Notes: generated by a model from the letters alone, not told the origin. A stretch of 64,000 nucleotides of DNA from Nitrosopumilus sp. (GCA_965224195.1 OZ245040.1:320001-384000), one strand, 5' to 3'. Positions 1-10,222 are shown, counted from the first letter of the stretch. Numbers and translations are program-made.

Positions 1-1069
1 TCTTTTGATGTGCTAAATCTGCAGCACCAAGATCCCTTTCTGAAAGATCGTCAAGATTACTAATTACACGTCCTCCTGTTGCCTTAGAAAGTTTAATCAT
101 GTCACTTTCTTTAACACGACGAACTGCCATAATACCATATTTCGCAAGATAGTGTTGTGAAATATCATCAATTCCTTTTTGACAAATTAAGACATTTGCT
201 CCTACATCATGTAATTTGTCAACCATAGCTTTTAGCATTCTGTTTTCTTCTTCTAAGAACATCTGCATTTGAGTTGGGTCAGTAATTCTAATTTCTGCAC
301 TTAATTCAGTTTTTTCAATTTCTAATGCTGAATTAAGTAATGCAATTTTTGCATTTTCAATTTTTGTAGGCATTCCACTATGAACAATTTCTTTATCCAA
401 AACAATTCCTTTTACAATTTGTGTATCATCAATTGAACCACCGGCTTTCTTTTCTACTTTAATATTTTCAAGGTCAACAGAAAAAGTATCACCTTTTTTT
501 GTTGCAATACTAAGAATAGCATCAACAATAATCTTAGAAAGTAATGAACTATCTTCAGAAATTAATTTTGATTGCATACTGGTTGTAGCAATTTTTAATA
601 GAGATGCTCTATCATCAGGCTGAATTTTTTTTGCCAAATCTGAGTAAATTTCAAGGGTTTTATCAGATGCTGCTTGATATCCATCAATAATAGTTGAAGA
701 ATGAACATCTTTGTTTAGTAGATCTTCTGCTCTAGCCAATAGTGCGCCTCCAAAAATCACAGAAGAGGTTGTACCATCACCTACTTCATTATCAACAGTT
801 TTAGAAATTTCAACCATCATTTTAGCTGCAGGATGCTGAACATCAATTTCTTTTAGAATTGTAGCACCATCATTTGTAATTGTAACATCACCTAAAGAAT
901 CAACCAACATTTTATCAAGACCTCTAGGTCCAAGACTGCTTCTAACTAATTGTGCAACTAGTTTTGCTGCTGCAATATTATTTTGTTGAGCATCTTTGCC
1001 TTTTTGCTGTAATGCACTCTCTTTGAGAACTAAAACAGGTCCATTTGGTCCTTGTTGAATTGATGCCAT
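1..1069 (-). CDS. ths: Thermosome (group II chaperonin) subunit; 3' part runs off the window
   Basis: Not in the ORF track. Manual translation from ATG at 1069 gives [17 protein letters not shown]...[40 protein letters not shown]...VGDGTTS, which are canonical chaperonin motifs. Confidence 0.95.
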   Translation of the reverse strand, partial: MASIQQGPNGPVLVLKESALQQKGKDAQQNNIAAAKLVAQLVRSSLGPRGLDKMLVDSLGDVTITNDGATILKEIDVQHPAAKMMVEISKTVDNEVGDGTTSSVIFGGALLARAEDLLNKDVHSSTIIDGYQAASDKTLEIYSDLAKKIQPDDRASLLKIATTSMQSKLISEDSSLLSKIIVDAILSIATKKGDTFSVDLENIKVEKKAGGSIDDTQIVKGIVLDKEIVHSGMPTKIENAKIALLNSALEIEKTELSAEIRITDPTQMQMFLEEENRMLKAMVDKLHDVGANVLICQKGIDDISQHYLAKYGIMAVRRVKESDMIKLSKATGGRVISNLDDLSERDLGAADLAHQK

Positions 1070-1113
1070 TTAGATTCAGCTTCAATTCACTGAATCCCCC
1101 TTTTTAACATTAC

Positions 1114-2877
1114 TTAGTAGATCGGTGAAATGTAACCACGTTTTTTCACATCAATAATTCCACCACAAAGAATTCGAATAGAGGGTAGAGCCAAGAAGGG
1201 TAAGAATAATGGAATCAAATGTGGTCTAGAAAATTTAGAACCTGAATCTACAATAGCATTATTAATTTTTTCAAAATTTGATGAAACTTTTTCAAAAGAA
1301 TCTGTAGAGATGATTCCACCAAACTGTAAAGGTAATGAAGCAATAATTTTTCCAGATTTAACTACAACAAGCCCACCTTGATTCTTGATAAGATGATTTG
1401 ATGCAATTGCCATATCAGAATCATTTGAACCGATTACAATCATATCATTTTCATGAAAACTCCACGTTGAAGCAAAAGCGCCAATGTCTGCACCAAAATT
1501 TTCAAGAAATCCTATAGAATGCTTACCAGATCCATGAATTCTATCAAAAGCTGCAACTTTCCAAATGTCAGAATCCAATGAAGCAGAGACATGACCATCT
1601 TTGGTATGAAGTTCAGCAGAACCTAACTTTGTAATTATTTCAGTTTGCATATAGATAGTATTTGCAATAACATCTTTCTTTTTTGATTTTATTACAAAGT
1701 CATTTTTAGAGAAATTTTTTAGTTTTACAGTTTTTTTAATCCAAGGTGATATCATTTGTTTCTTAATTGGAGTAACTATTTGTCCATTTGATACAACTAG
1801 TTTACCTCCAACAAAGACTTTGTTTGGTTTGAATGATTTTAAATCATCAAAAATTAGAATATCTGCTAACTTACCAGGAGCTATACCACCAAGATCTTTT
1901 CCCATATTATAATAATCAAAATTATTCTTTGATGCCATAGTAACTGCATCTATGGGTTTTAAGCCAAGATTGATTGATTCTCTAATGCAGTGATCTATAT
2001 GACCAAATTCAGAAATATCCAGAGGATCAAGACCATCAGAACAAAACATTAAGCGATTAAGATATGTCCCATGAGACAAAACATGTGGAATTATGTCTTT
2101 CAAATCACGTCTAATTGACCCCTCTCTGATCATTATCCACATTCCAAGACGTAATCTTTCTAAAACTTGATCAAAATTAATTGGTTCATGACAAGATAGA
2201 ATTCCAGATGAAACATATGCATTGAGTTTTTTCTCACTTGCTCCAGCAGTATGTCCATTAATTATACAATCGCATTCCAACATTGATGAAAGTGATTTCA
2301 TTGTTTTTGGATCACGTGATGTAACTTTAGTCCAAGAAAAAACTTCGCCTAATCCAAGTACATGTGGATGTTTTATTGCAGTTTTTTCTTGTGCTAATGA
2401 TAATGATTTACTACTGCTAAATTTTGCATCTACTGGAAGACCACCTGGAACTACTTGAAAAATTCGAATTGGAAGATTTTCACCAAGTTTTAGAAATTCT
2501 TGAAAGCCTCGATATCCCCCCACGCTTACTATATCAATAGGATCAGAAAATAGAGATGTTACTCCACAAAGTAGAGCCTTTTTTGCAAATTCAGATGGCA
2601 AAACAAATTGATCAATATGTAAATGCGGATCTGCAAAACCAGAGCTAACATATTTTCCCTTTACATCAATTACAACAGTTTTTGGACCAACCGCATGTGT
2701 AGCATCTAGACCAACATACGCAATTCTATCTTTGATAATTGCAATCTGAATCTGTGGAATAATTTCTCGTGTATAGACTGACATTAAATTACAATTTTTT
2801 AAAATCAAATCGGCTTTCTTGTCACCCATTGCTACAGAGTTAAGAGATAAGATCGAATTTGCTAGGCTCGAATTCAC
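1114..2877 (-). CDS. ade: Adenine deaminase
   Basis: Amidohydrolase HxH motif (DPHLHID), GLGEV, SCHEP, IREGS, CSDG and GGIAPGKLAD motifs; 587 aa. Confidence 0.9.
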   Translation of the reverse strand: MNSSLANSILSLNSVAMGDKKADLILKNCNLMSVYTREIIPQIQIAIIKDRIAYVGLDATHAVGPKTVVIDVKGKYVSSGFADPHLHIDQFVLPSEFAKKALLCGVTSLFSDPIDIVSVGGYRGFQEFLKLGENLPIRIFQVVPGGLPVDAKFSSSKSLSLAQEKTAIKHPHVLGLGEVFSWTKVTSRDPKTMKSLSSMLECDCIINGHTAGASEKKLNAYVSSGILSCHEPINFDQVLERLRLGMWIMIREGSIRRDLKDIIPHVLSHGTYLNRLMFCSDGLDPLDISEFGHIDHCIRESINLGLKPIDAVTMASKNNFDYYNMGKDLGGIAPGKLADILIFDDLKSFKPNKVFVGGKLVVSNGQIVTPIKKQMISPWIKKTVKLKNFSKNDFVIKSKKKDVIANTIYMQTEIITKLGSAELHTKDGHVSASLDSDIWKVAAFDRIHGSGKHSIGFLENFGADIGAFASTWSFHENDMIVIGSNDSDMAIASNHLIKNQGGLVVVKSGKIIASLPLQFGGIISTDSFEKVSSNFEKINNAIVDSGSKFSRPHLIPLFLPFLALPSIRILCGGIIDVKKRGYISPIY

Positions 2878-2947
2878 TTCTTTTAATTGGAATTTGCGCC
2901 TATTATAGATTCAATGCTTAAATTACGGTTGAAGAGGTTTTTTTGAT

Positions 2948-3229
2948 ATGAACATCCCTAAGGTGATCAGAAAGTATTGTGCAAAATGTAATACACATAC
3001 TGAACAAAAGATCTCCATTTACAAAGCTGGAAAAAGACGCGGTTCTGCTGCTGGTGAACGCCGACATGCAGAGCGTAAACAGGGATATGGTGGACAAAAA
3101 TTCCCAAAATTAGCAAAACCAGCCAAAGTTACAAAGAAAGTTACTCCTATTATGACATGTACTGTATGCAAAAAGAAATACAATAAAAAAGGCGTTAGAA
3201 TTAAGAAATTTGAGTTGATAGCAGCATGA
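2948..3229 (+). CDS. rpl44e: 50S ribosomal protein L44e
   Basis: YCAKCNTHT, GYGGQKFP and CTVC Zn ribbon; followed by S27e as usual. Confidence 0.97.
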   Translation: MNIPKVIRKYCAKCNTHTEQKISIYKAGKRRGSAAGERRHAERKQGYGGQKFPKLAKPAKVTKKVTPIMTCTVCKKKYNKKGVRIKKFELIAA

Positions 3230-3423
3230 AGAAAGATCACATTGAAATTCCAAAACCATCTAGTAAGTTTCAAAAGGTCAATTGTAATGAATGCGGTGAA
3301 TTACAAATAATTTATTCACATGCAACAACACAAATTGCATGTAATTCTTGTGGGAATACTATTTCAGAGGCAACAGGTGGTACAGCCCAAATCAATGGCA
3401 AAATCTCAGGCAGTGCTGAGTAA
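3226..3423 (+). CDS. rps27e: 30S ribosomal protein S27e
   Basis: PSSKFQKVNCNECG...CNSCG...TGG; ATGA overlap with rpl44e. Confidence 0.96.
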   Translation: MKKDHIEIPKPSSKFQKVNCNECGELQIIYSHATTQIACNSCGNTISEATGGTAQINGKISGSAE

Positions 3424-3990
3424 ATCATAATCCTGTTTAGAATTTAGATTAAATGCAATTCTCTTATCATCAATTATAATATAATTTTCATCCAAATTTT
3501 CTAGCGAAGAAATTTTTTCTGAATTTACTAAAGAAATTCCAGTGTAATGACATGTTTGACCGTTAAAATTAACAGAGAAATTAGACTTTAGACCAAGAGT
3601 TGTTAAGAATTTATTAGTTACAAGAATACTAGTCCAAGTTTTTTTAGGATCAAATTGATTAATAATTTTTTTGATTATTTCTTCATCAAATAAAGGTAAA
3701 TCACCAGATGTAACTAAAACATGATCATTAATGATTCGTAATGTTGAATTTAGATCTTCCACGTAACCAATTCCTGACGTATCAAAAGTTTCAATATTAT
3801 TTTCTTCTAATAATTTTTTTGTCTTTGGAGAATTACAACTAGTTATAGCTAGGATTTTTGAAAAAGAATTTGAATTTTTTAATGAATCAATTACATGGAA
3901 AATTACAGGCTTTTTATATTTGAGTAAAAGCTTTTCATCATCTAAATTCATTCTAGTACCTTTTCCACCAGCCATTACAAGACCAATCAT
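3406..3990 (-). CDS. cobY: GTP:adenosylcobinamide-phosphate guanylyltransferase (CobY-type NTP transferase)
   Basis: MAGGKGTRM...EK motif and SGDLP; last gene of the cob operon. Confidence 0.85.
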   Translation of the reverse strand: MIGLVMAGGKGTRMNLDDEKLLLKYKKPVIFHVIDSLKNSNSFSKILAITSCNSPKTKKLLEENNIETFDTSGIGYVEDLNSTLRIINDHVLVTSGDLPLFDEEIIKKIINQFDPKKTWTSILVTNKFLTTLGLKSNFSVNFNGQTCHYTGISLVNSEKISSLENLDENYIIIDDKRIAFNLNSKQDYDLLSTA

Positions 3991-4712
3991 GTTGAAACAA
4001 ACACCATCAAAGAAGCTAATCGAGTAAATTCGTTAGTGGCTCCCAACACATCACCGGTAATACCACCAAAACTACGAGTAGACAAAGCCAAGAGGAACAT
4101 AGTCAAAACAATAGTTACACCAAGCATTATCAAGCCTGTTGTTTCACCAATTAGAATTACAGGAATAAGCATGATGAGAAACGCTGCAGTGAGTTTTTTC
4201 TTATCTTTCATGAATTCAACAAAAGGAGAATTTGAGCCTAATGAAGCTGATTTACCTAGACTGGCCATCAAAACCATTGAAAATTTTGCTAAAATTTCAC
4301 TAATCAAAATTGCCTTAAACAAATCAAATCTACTTGTAAGAGAAATAGTAATTATCAAAGCAATAAGATACAACACAATCGTAACAATACCTGCTGAACC
4401 AGTAGAAAGATCTTTCATGGCTTTGAGTTTTTTATCTTTTGATCCTTTTACCATCAATCCATCTGCAAAATCAGCCAAACCATCTGCATGATGTATTCCA
4501 GTAACTATTGCAATAGATGCAACAACTAACAAGCTAACCAACAAAGGTTCTAAAAAGAAAGATAATCCAAAACCTAAAGAACCAACTAAAAGTCCAATAG
4601 CAATTCCAACTATAGGAAACATGAACATGTATTTTGCAATATTATCTAACGAAGCATTTGTTGATGGAAAAATTGTTAAAAATGAAAAAACAGATCCAAT
4701 TTCTTTAAACAT
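3987..4712 (-). CDS. cobS: Adenosylcobinamide-GDP ribazoletransferase (cobalamin synthase)
   Basis: FLTIFP, TGIHHADGLADFADG, AMKD and FGGITGDVLGA motifs. The ATG at 4712 is preferred to the track's start at 4742. Confidence 0.93.
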   Translation of the reverse strand: MFKEIGSVFSFLTIFPSTNASLDNIAKYMFMFPIVGIAIGLLVGSLGFGLSFFLEPLLVSLLVVASIAIVTGIHHADGLADFADGLMVKGSKDKKLKAMKDLSTGSAGIVTIVLYLIALIITISLTSRFDLFKAILISEILAKFSMVLMASLGKSASLGSNSPFVEFMKDKKKLTAAFLIMLIPVILIGETTGLIMLGVTIVLTMFLLALSTRSFGGITGDVLGATNEFTRLASLMVFVST

Positions 4713-5676
4713 GTATCCACCATCCCAGAATATACAAAACAAAAATTATGGGAATGGAAACAATTCCAAAGAATAGTATCGAAGTAAGTTTCATTATTGA
4801 AATTGCAGAATGTACATGTTGTTTTGTTAGAATAATTTCACCATCACCTAATTTGTAATGATTAATTTTTTCGAATTTTGTTTCTAAAGCTCCAGCTAAA
4901 GCAGCCATAGGGTACCCAGCATTAGGACTTTCAGTTTTTTTACCATCTCTAATCATTATTTTGTAAGATTCTCTCCAATTGTTTTGTAAAATTGCAGCAG
5001 AAATTATCATTATAATCCCTGTTAGTCTAGATGGAATATAATTTAGAATACTGTCACAAGTTGCTGCAAACCAACCAATATTTTTGAAAAGATTAGTTTT
5101 GTATCCAATCATTGAATCTGCAGTGTTAATTACACGATATACAAATGCTCCAGGTAATCCAAGAAGAGCATAATAGAATAATGGCCCAGTGATTCCATCA
5201 ACTGTATTTTCACTCATACTCTCAAGTACGCCTGAAAGTACATGATTTCGGTCTAAATTTTTAGTATTTCGCTTAACAATCATAGATAGATGAGTTCTTG
5301 CCAAATCTAGATTATCCTCATCTAAAGATTCAAGAACAGATTTTGCATGTTTTTCCATTCCATGAATTGCAATTGTAGTTTTTAATAATAATCCACCAAC
5401 AATTACAGAAACAATCAGTGAGACATAATCAATAGATATCAAGGTAATTCCAATATTTAATGTAAAAAGTAGTACAATTACTAAACCAGAAGTAATAGTA
5501 ACAACACATACACCGTCAAATTTTTCTATTATTGGATTTTCATTTTTTGCTATGGGAGTAAGTTTAGCAATCAAAGTTCCAATCCAAGCTGTAGGATGGT
5601 ATTTATTTTTAGGATCTCCAAACTTAAAATCAAGTAAAATAGCTAATCCAATTACAAAAATAGATTCGATGATCAT
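4705..5676 (-). CDS. cbiB: Adenosylcobinamide-phosphate synthase CbiB (CobD)
   Basis: GDP...HP, ESMSENTVDG, YRVINTADSMIGY and SPNAGYPMAALAGAL motifs. Confidence 0.93.
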   Translation of the reverse strand: MIIESIFVIGLAILLDFKFGDPKNKYHPTAWIGTLIAKLTPIAKNENPIIEKFDGVCVVTITSGLVIVLLFTLNIGITLISIDYVSLIVSVIVGGLLLKTTIAIHGMEKHAKSVLESLDEDNLDLARTHLSMIVKRNTKNLDRNHVLSGVLESMSENTVDGITGPLFYYALLGLPGAFVYRVINTADSMIGYKTNLFKNIGWFAATCDSILNYIPSRLTGIIMIISAAILQNNWRESYKIMIRDGKKTESPNAGYPMAALAGALETKFEKINHYKLGDGEIILTKQHVHSAISIMKLTSILFFGIVSIPIIFVLYILGWWIHV

Positions 5677-6512
5677 TTCAACATCTTCTCTATAGATTTT
5701 ATATCAATATTTGATTTGACAGTTTTTGCCAATTTATTTAATTCATCATCAATTTTTGAAATATTTCTCTTAGTCCATTGAATATTTTTAGGTGTAACAT
5801 TAAGTGAATCCTCTTCGGGTAAGTCTATTGGAATTAATGGGATAGTACCTACAACAGGTATTTTTGTAATATTTTTGAGTTTTTGAAATCCAGGTTTTAG
5901 TACATCTAAATCTCCTCTGAATTTATTAAAGATGAAACCTTTTACAAATTTTTGATATTTTTTTTCAATTAAAAACATCGTTCCAACAAGACTTGCAAAA
6001 GAACCACCTCTGTCAATATCTGAAACTAATAATACAGAAGCATTTGCTTTGTGAGCAATCCTCATATTTGCAATATCAAATTTTTGTAAATTAATTTCAG
6101 CTGGAGAACCTGCACCTTCTAAAATAACTAAATCATAATTTTTCTGTAATATTTTAAGAGATTTTACTGCAATATCAATACCTTTATGATTTACAAATTT
6201 TTCATAGTATTCTTTTGCGTGCATTTTCTTGTATCGTTTTCCATTTAGATATACAATACTGTTGTAATTTCCTATGGGTTTTAGCAAAATTGGATTTAGA
6301 TCAGGAGTAATTTCACATCTCGAACCAATAGCCTGAATTGCCTGAGCACGAGAAATCTCAAATTCAGGCGTAACATATGCAAAATTGGACATATTTTGAG
6401 ATTTGTAAGGTGCAACTCTGTAACCTTTATCAGAAAAAATTCTGCAAAGCGTTGCCACCAACGTCGTTTTTCCGGCTCCAGAAGAAGTACCTTGAATCAT
6501 CAAAGATTTCAT
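5673..6512 (-). CDS. cobQ: Cobyric acid synthase CobQ/CbiP, short form lacking the glutaminase domain
   Basis: QGTSSGAGKT, PYKSQNMS, NPILLKP, EGAGSPAEINL, DIDRGG, NKFRGD and LPEEDS motifs; only 279 aa. Confidence 0.9.
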   Translation of the reverse strand: MKSLMIQGTSSGAGKTTLVATLCRIFSDKGYRVAPYKSQNMSNFAYVTPEFEISRAQAIQAIGSRCEITPDLNPILLKPIGNYNSIVYLNGKRYKKMHAKEYYEKFVNHKGIDIAVKSLKILQKNYDLVILEGAGSPAEINLQKFDIANMRIAHKANASVLLVSDIDRGGSFASLVGTMFLIEKKYQKFVKGFIFNKFRGDLDVLKPGFQKLKNITKIPVVGTIPLIPIDLPEEDSLNVTPKNIQWTKRNISKIDDELNKLAKTVKSNIDIKSIEKMLK

Positions 6513-7591
6513 TGTATTTTCTCCAATACATTTACAAGTTTTAGATTGTCTTTATGAGATTTAACAGCAATTCTAATATGGTGATTATCTAATCCTCTAA
6601 AATTTTTACAATCTCTAATCAAAATTTTGTGTTCAAGTAATTTTTTTTGTAATTGAGTTGAATTTTTTTTTGTTTTTATCAAAATAAAATTTGTTGAAGA
6701 ACTATCACAATCAAACCCATATAATTTACCAATTTTGTTTGTTAAGAAAATTAATTCTTTTTTGATTACAGAGTTTGATTTATCAAGATGAGATTTATTT
6801 TTAAGAGCAGTATTTGCTGCATCTTGAGCTAATGAATTTACATTCCATGGAATCTTTATTTTTTGTAATACATCAATAATTTCTTTTGATCCTGCTGCAT
6901 ATCCAATACGAATTCCAGGTAATGCAAATGATTTTGTCAACGAACGTAAAACAAAAAGATTTTTATATTTTTTAACATATGATATTACTGATTCATTTGA
7001 TTTTGGGACCATTTCAATAAAACATTCGTCTAAAAATATGATTGTAGATAGTTTTTTTGCTTTTTTGATTATTTGGAGTAATTGATTTTTTGATAATAGT
7101 TGTCCTGTAGGATTATTTGGATTACAAATAAATACACAACCATTTTTTGGAATTTTTGAAATAAAAATATTAAGATTTTCAGATAAATTCATTGTTTTAA
7201 AATATGAAATTTGGCATTCATTGAGTTTAGCTACTGTTTCATATTCTTGAAAAGTTGGAATTGGAATCAAGACTTTGGTTTTATTAGATAAAAATGCAAA
7301 ACAGAAATTATATAGGATTTCAATCGCCCCATTCCCAACTATTAGATTTGATTTTTCCAAATTAGTATATTTTCTTAGGCTTGAAATCACTGTTGATGAA
7401 CTAGAGTCTGGATAGTGTTTGATATTTTCAATGTTTTTTTTAAGAGATTTTTTTACAGATAATGGAGTGCCTGCAGGGGATACATTTGAACTAAAATCAA
7501 TAATTCTAGAATCAGTGCTTTGTGAAGGATTTCGTCCCCCATGAACTACAGGTACATGTTTAATGATTGAGGGTTTTGTTCGTATTTTCAC
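6509..7591 (-). CDS. cobD: L-threonine-O-3-phosphate decarboxylase (PLP-dependent, HisC-like)
   Basis: HGG...DFSSNVSP, NPNNPTG, DECF and RSLTKSFALPGIRIGY motifs; first gene of the cob operon. Confidence 0.82.
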   Translation of the reverse strand: MKIRTKPSIIKHVPVVHGGRNPSQSTDSRIIDFSSNVSPAGTPLSVKKSLKKNIENIKHYPDSSSSTVISSLRKYTNLEKSNLIVGNGAIEILYNFCFAFLSNKTKVLIPIPTFQEYETVAKLNECQISYFKTMNLSENLNIFISKIPKNGCVFICNPNNPTGQLLSKNQLLQIIKKAKKLSTIIFLDECFIEMVPKSNESVISYVKKYKNLFVLRSLTKSFALPGIRIGYAAGSKEIIDVLQKIKIPWNVNSLAQDAANTALKNKSHLDKSNSVIKKELIFLTNKIGKLYGFDCDSSSTNFILIKTKKNSTQLQKKLLEHKILIRDCKNFRGLDNHHIRIAVKSHKDNLKLVNVLEKIQ

Positions 7592-7674
7592 AGTTCCAAA
7601 TGGAATTAGTCGATTTAGTATGTTTGGGTAATCCAGAAAACGATTATTAATTGAAGGCGATCAATATTCAAATT

Positions 7675-8751
7675 ATGAGTAAAAAAAGAGTGGCAATTAT
7701 TGGAGTTACAGGTTCTGTTGGTCAAGAATTCGTCCAATCGCTAAATAATCATCCATGGTTTGAAGTTACTCAAATTGCAGCATCTTCACGTTCAGCAGGA
7801 AAAAAATATCTAGATTCTATTAAAGATGCAAGTGGAATATTAGCATGGGATGTAGGTGGAGAAATTCCAGAATATGTCAAAGATATGACAGTAAAATCAG
7901 TAGATGAGTTAGACGTTTCTCAATTAGATCTAGTATTTTCAGCAGTAGAGTCAGAAGCAGCTAGAGATATCGAAACTAATATGGCTGCAGATTTACCAGT
8001 AATCTCTACAAGTTCTGCGTACAGATATGAAGATGATGTGCCGATACTAATTCCAGGAATTAATGATGAACAAACAGAATTACTTGAGATTCAAAAAAAG
8101 AATAGAAACTGGAAAGGTTGGGTGGCACCATTACCAAATTGTACTACAACAGGTTTAGCAATTACATTAAAACCATTACTTGAAAAATATGGTGTAAAAA
8201 AAGTCATGATGACTTCAATGCAAGCAATATCTGGAGGAGGAAAATCTGGAGTATCTGCAATGGGGATTACTGATAACATTATTCCATACATTCCAAAAGA
8301 AGAAGGCAAGGTAAGATTAGAAACGAGAAAAATTTTGGGCAAGTTAGTAAATGGAAAAATTGAAGATGCAGATATTAGAATTAGTTGTACTTGTACAAGA
8401 GTTCCTGTAATAGATGGACATACAGAATCAGTTTTTGTAGAGACTACAGAAAAAATAGATCCTGTAAAAGCAAAAGAAACCTATGATCAATGTAACAAAG
8501 ACATTTCAGTATCTGGATTACCATCTGCTCCCGAAAAATACTATGCGTTTCATGAAGATCCAACTAGACCTCAACCAAGAATGGAAAGAAGTGTTGGAGA
8601 TGGAATGACTACAACCATTGGAAGAGTTGAAACTGAAGAATTATTTGATAATGGTTTAAAATACATGTTATTTTCTCACAACAAAAAAATGGGTTCAGCA
8701 AAAGGAGCAGTTTTGTTGGCAGAGATGTTGTACAAAAAAGGCAAGATTTAA
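7675..8751 (+). CDS. asd: Aspartate-semialdehyde dehydrogenase (archaeal type)
   Basis: GVTGSVG, PNCTT, QAISGGG, CTRVPVIDGHTE and HNKKMGSA motifs. ATG at 7675 is preferred. Confidence 0.9.
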   Translation: MSKKRVAIIGVTGSVGQEFVQSLNNHPWFEVTQIAASSRSAGKKYLDSIKDASGILAWDVGGEIPEYVKDMTVKSVDELDVSQLDLVFSAVESEAARDIETNMAADLPVISTSSAYRYEDDVPILIPGINDEQTELLEIQKKNRNWKGWVAPLPNCTTTGLAITLKPLLEKYGVKKVMMTSMQAISGGGKSGVSAMGITDNIIPYIPKEEGKVRLETRKILGKLVNGKIEDADIRISCTCTRVPVIDGHTESVFVETTEKIDPVKAKETYDQCNKDISVSGLPSAPEKYYAFHEDPTRPQPRMERSVGDGMTTTIGRVETEELFDNGLKYMLFSHNKKMGSAKGAVLLAEMLYKKGKI

Positions 8752-8781
8752 AGAATTTATTGCAATTTTTACAATAATAAC

Positions 8782-8788
8782 TTTATAA
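8782..8788 (+). promoter_or_regulatory. Putative TATA box (TTTATAA) for the Lrp-cyoE transcript
   Basis: Preceded by an A-rich BRE-like run; about 35 nt upstream of the Lrp reading frame. Confidence 0.5.
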
Positions 8789-8822
8789 GATCCAGAAAAC
8801 TAGATCGACTCAGGTGTTTTAG

Positions 8823-9290
8823 ACGGCAAAAGTAGATGACTTAGATTTACAAATTTTATCAGAATTATCAAATGATGCCTCAATTTCAGTTCCTCGTTTA
8901 TCAAAAAAAATCAATGTAAACTCATCTGTCGTATATTCAAGAATCAAACGATTAGTTAAGAGAAAACTGATTGAATGTTTTACAATCGTTGTAAATGATG
9001 AAGAACTTGGTTACAATGTTAAAGCATTAACCGGAATCAATATGGATACAAAAAAACGAGATCACATAATTGATGAACTATTCAAAATAGATGGAGTTAG
9101 AGAAGTTGCAGAAGTTACAGGTAGATTTGATATTCTAGTTACAATGTATTCAAAATCATTAGATCAAATGCATAAAATGGTCTCTGAACGAATTGGTAGA
9201 ATTGAAGGAATTCAGTCATCTGAATCATTCATAGAAATGAAATCACGAATGAAAGCAATGCCATATATGCCATCAAAGGATAGTGACTAA
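8823..9290 (+). CDS. Lrp/AsnC family transcriptional regulator with an anomalous start (ACG)
   Basis: The frame is open from 8823: (T)AKVDDLDLQILSELSNDASISVPRLSKKINVNSSVVYSRIKRLVKRKLI is the Lrp HTH. It is in frame with the track ORF 9042..9290 (RAM domain, VAEVTGRFDILV). Confidence 0.85.
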   Translation, partial: TAKVDDLDLQILSELSNDASISVPRLSKKINVNSSVVYSRIKRLVKRKLIECFTIVVNDEELGYNVKALTGINMDTKKRDHIIDELFKIDGVREVAEVTGRFDILVTMYSKSLDQMHKMVSERIGRIEGIQSSESFIEMKSRMKAMPYMPSKDSD

Positions 9291-9292
9291 TA

Positions 9293-10222
9293 TTGCAAAA
9301 ACAAAAATCTGAATCCAGAGTAGCAGTATACTATGAATTAACAAAACCAAAAATTTGGTATTTACTGGTTTTTACAGCATTTGGTGCAGCATTAACTGCT
9401 TCCAATATTTACGATATAGAAATATCTCCAGCAACATGGCTGTTGATGTTATTTTCAGTTGCTGCTGGTTCAGCCGCTGCAAATACTTTGACCAATTATC
9501 ATGATAGAGACATTGATGCCATTATGGAAAGAACAAAAGATAGACCATTACCATCAAAAAGAATCTATCCTGCAGTAAAGGCAAGAAATTTTGGATTAGT
9601 ATTAGCAGGTATCTCCTTGGTTCTAGCATTTGGGATTTCTTTTATAACAACATTAGAACAAGGGGCATGGGCAACTGCTTTCATTGCGTTTGGATTAGTA
9701 AACAATATTATAATTTACTCATATGTTTTAAAACGAAATTCTAGGACTAACATAATTTTAGGTGGATTATGTGGAGGTTCACCACCAATGATTGGATGGG
9801 TTGCAGTGAGTATGTCAGATTTATGGACAATGGGTCTTGCCATGGCAGGTTTAGTGTTCATCTGGATTCCAATGCACATTTGGGCACTCACTTTACATTT
9901 CAAAGAAGATTATAACAAAGTCAATGTTCCAATGTTGACTGCAGTACAATCAGAAAAAACTTCTGCAAGAGCTATTGCAATTTCAACTGTTGTAATGGTA
10001 TTATTTTCAATTGCTCCATTTTTCATTACAACTCAAAGTGGCGAAGAAATTGTAGGAGCAGTATATCTATGGACTGCAATTGCTTCAGGTGCATTAATGG
10101 TTGGATTATCAGCATGGGTTATAGTCAAACCAATGGAAAAAGCAGCCTGGACATTGTTTAAGTTCTCTAGCCCGTACTTGGCAGTATTATTTATTGCACT
10201 AATGGTTGATTCTGCATTATAA
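9293..10222 (+). CDS. cyoE: Protoheme IX farnesyltransferase (heme o synthase)
   Basis: ELTKPKI, DRDIDAIMERTKDRPLPS, WIPMHIWAL and EDYNKVNVPML motifs; polytopic membrane protein. Confidence 0.95.
   Translation: MQKQKSESRVAVYYELTKPKIWYLLVFTAFGAALTASNIYDIEISPATWLLMLFSVAAGSAAANTLTNYHDRDIDAIMERTKDRPLPSKRIYPAVKARNFGLVLAGISLVLAFGISFITTLEQGAWATAFIAFGLVNNIIIYSYVLKRNSRTNIILGGLCGGSPPMIGWVAVSMSDLWTMGLAMAGLVFIWIPMHIWALTLHFKEDYNKVNVPMLTAVQSEKTSARAIAISTVVMVLFSIAPFFITTQSGEEIVGAVYLWTAIASGALMVGLSAWVIVKPMEKAAWTLFKFSSPYLAVLFIALMVDSAL

Noticed and set aside
7675-8751. Possible malonyl-CoA reductase (an ASD paralogue in Sulfolobales) of the 3HP/4HB cycle
   Set aside because: The active site PNCTT and the other motifs are standard ASD type, and nothing in the sequence or context supports reassignment.
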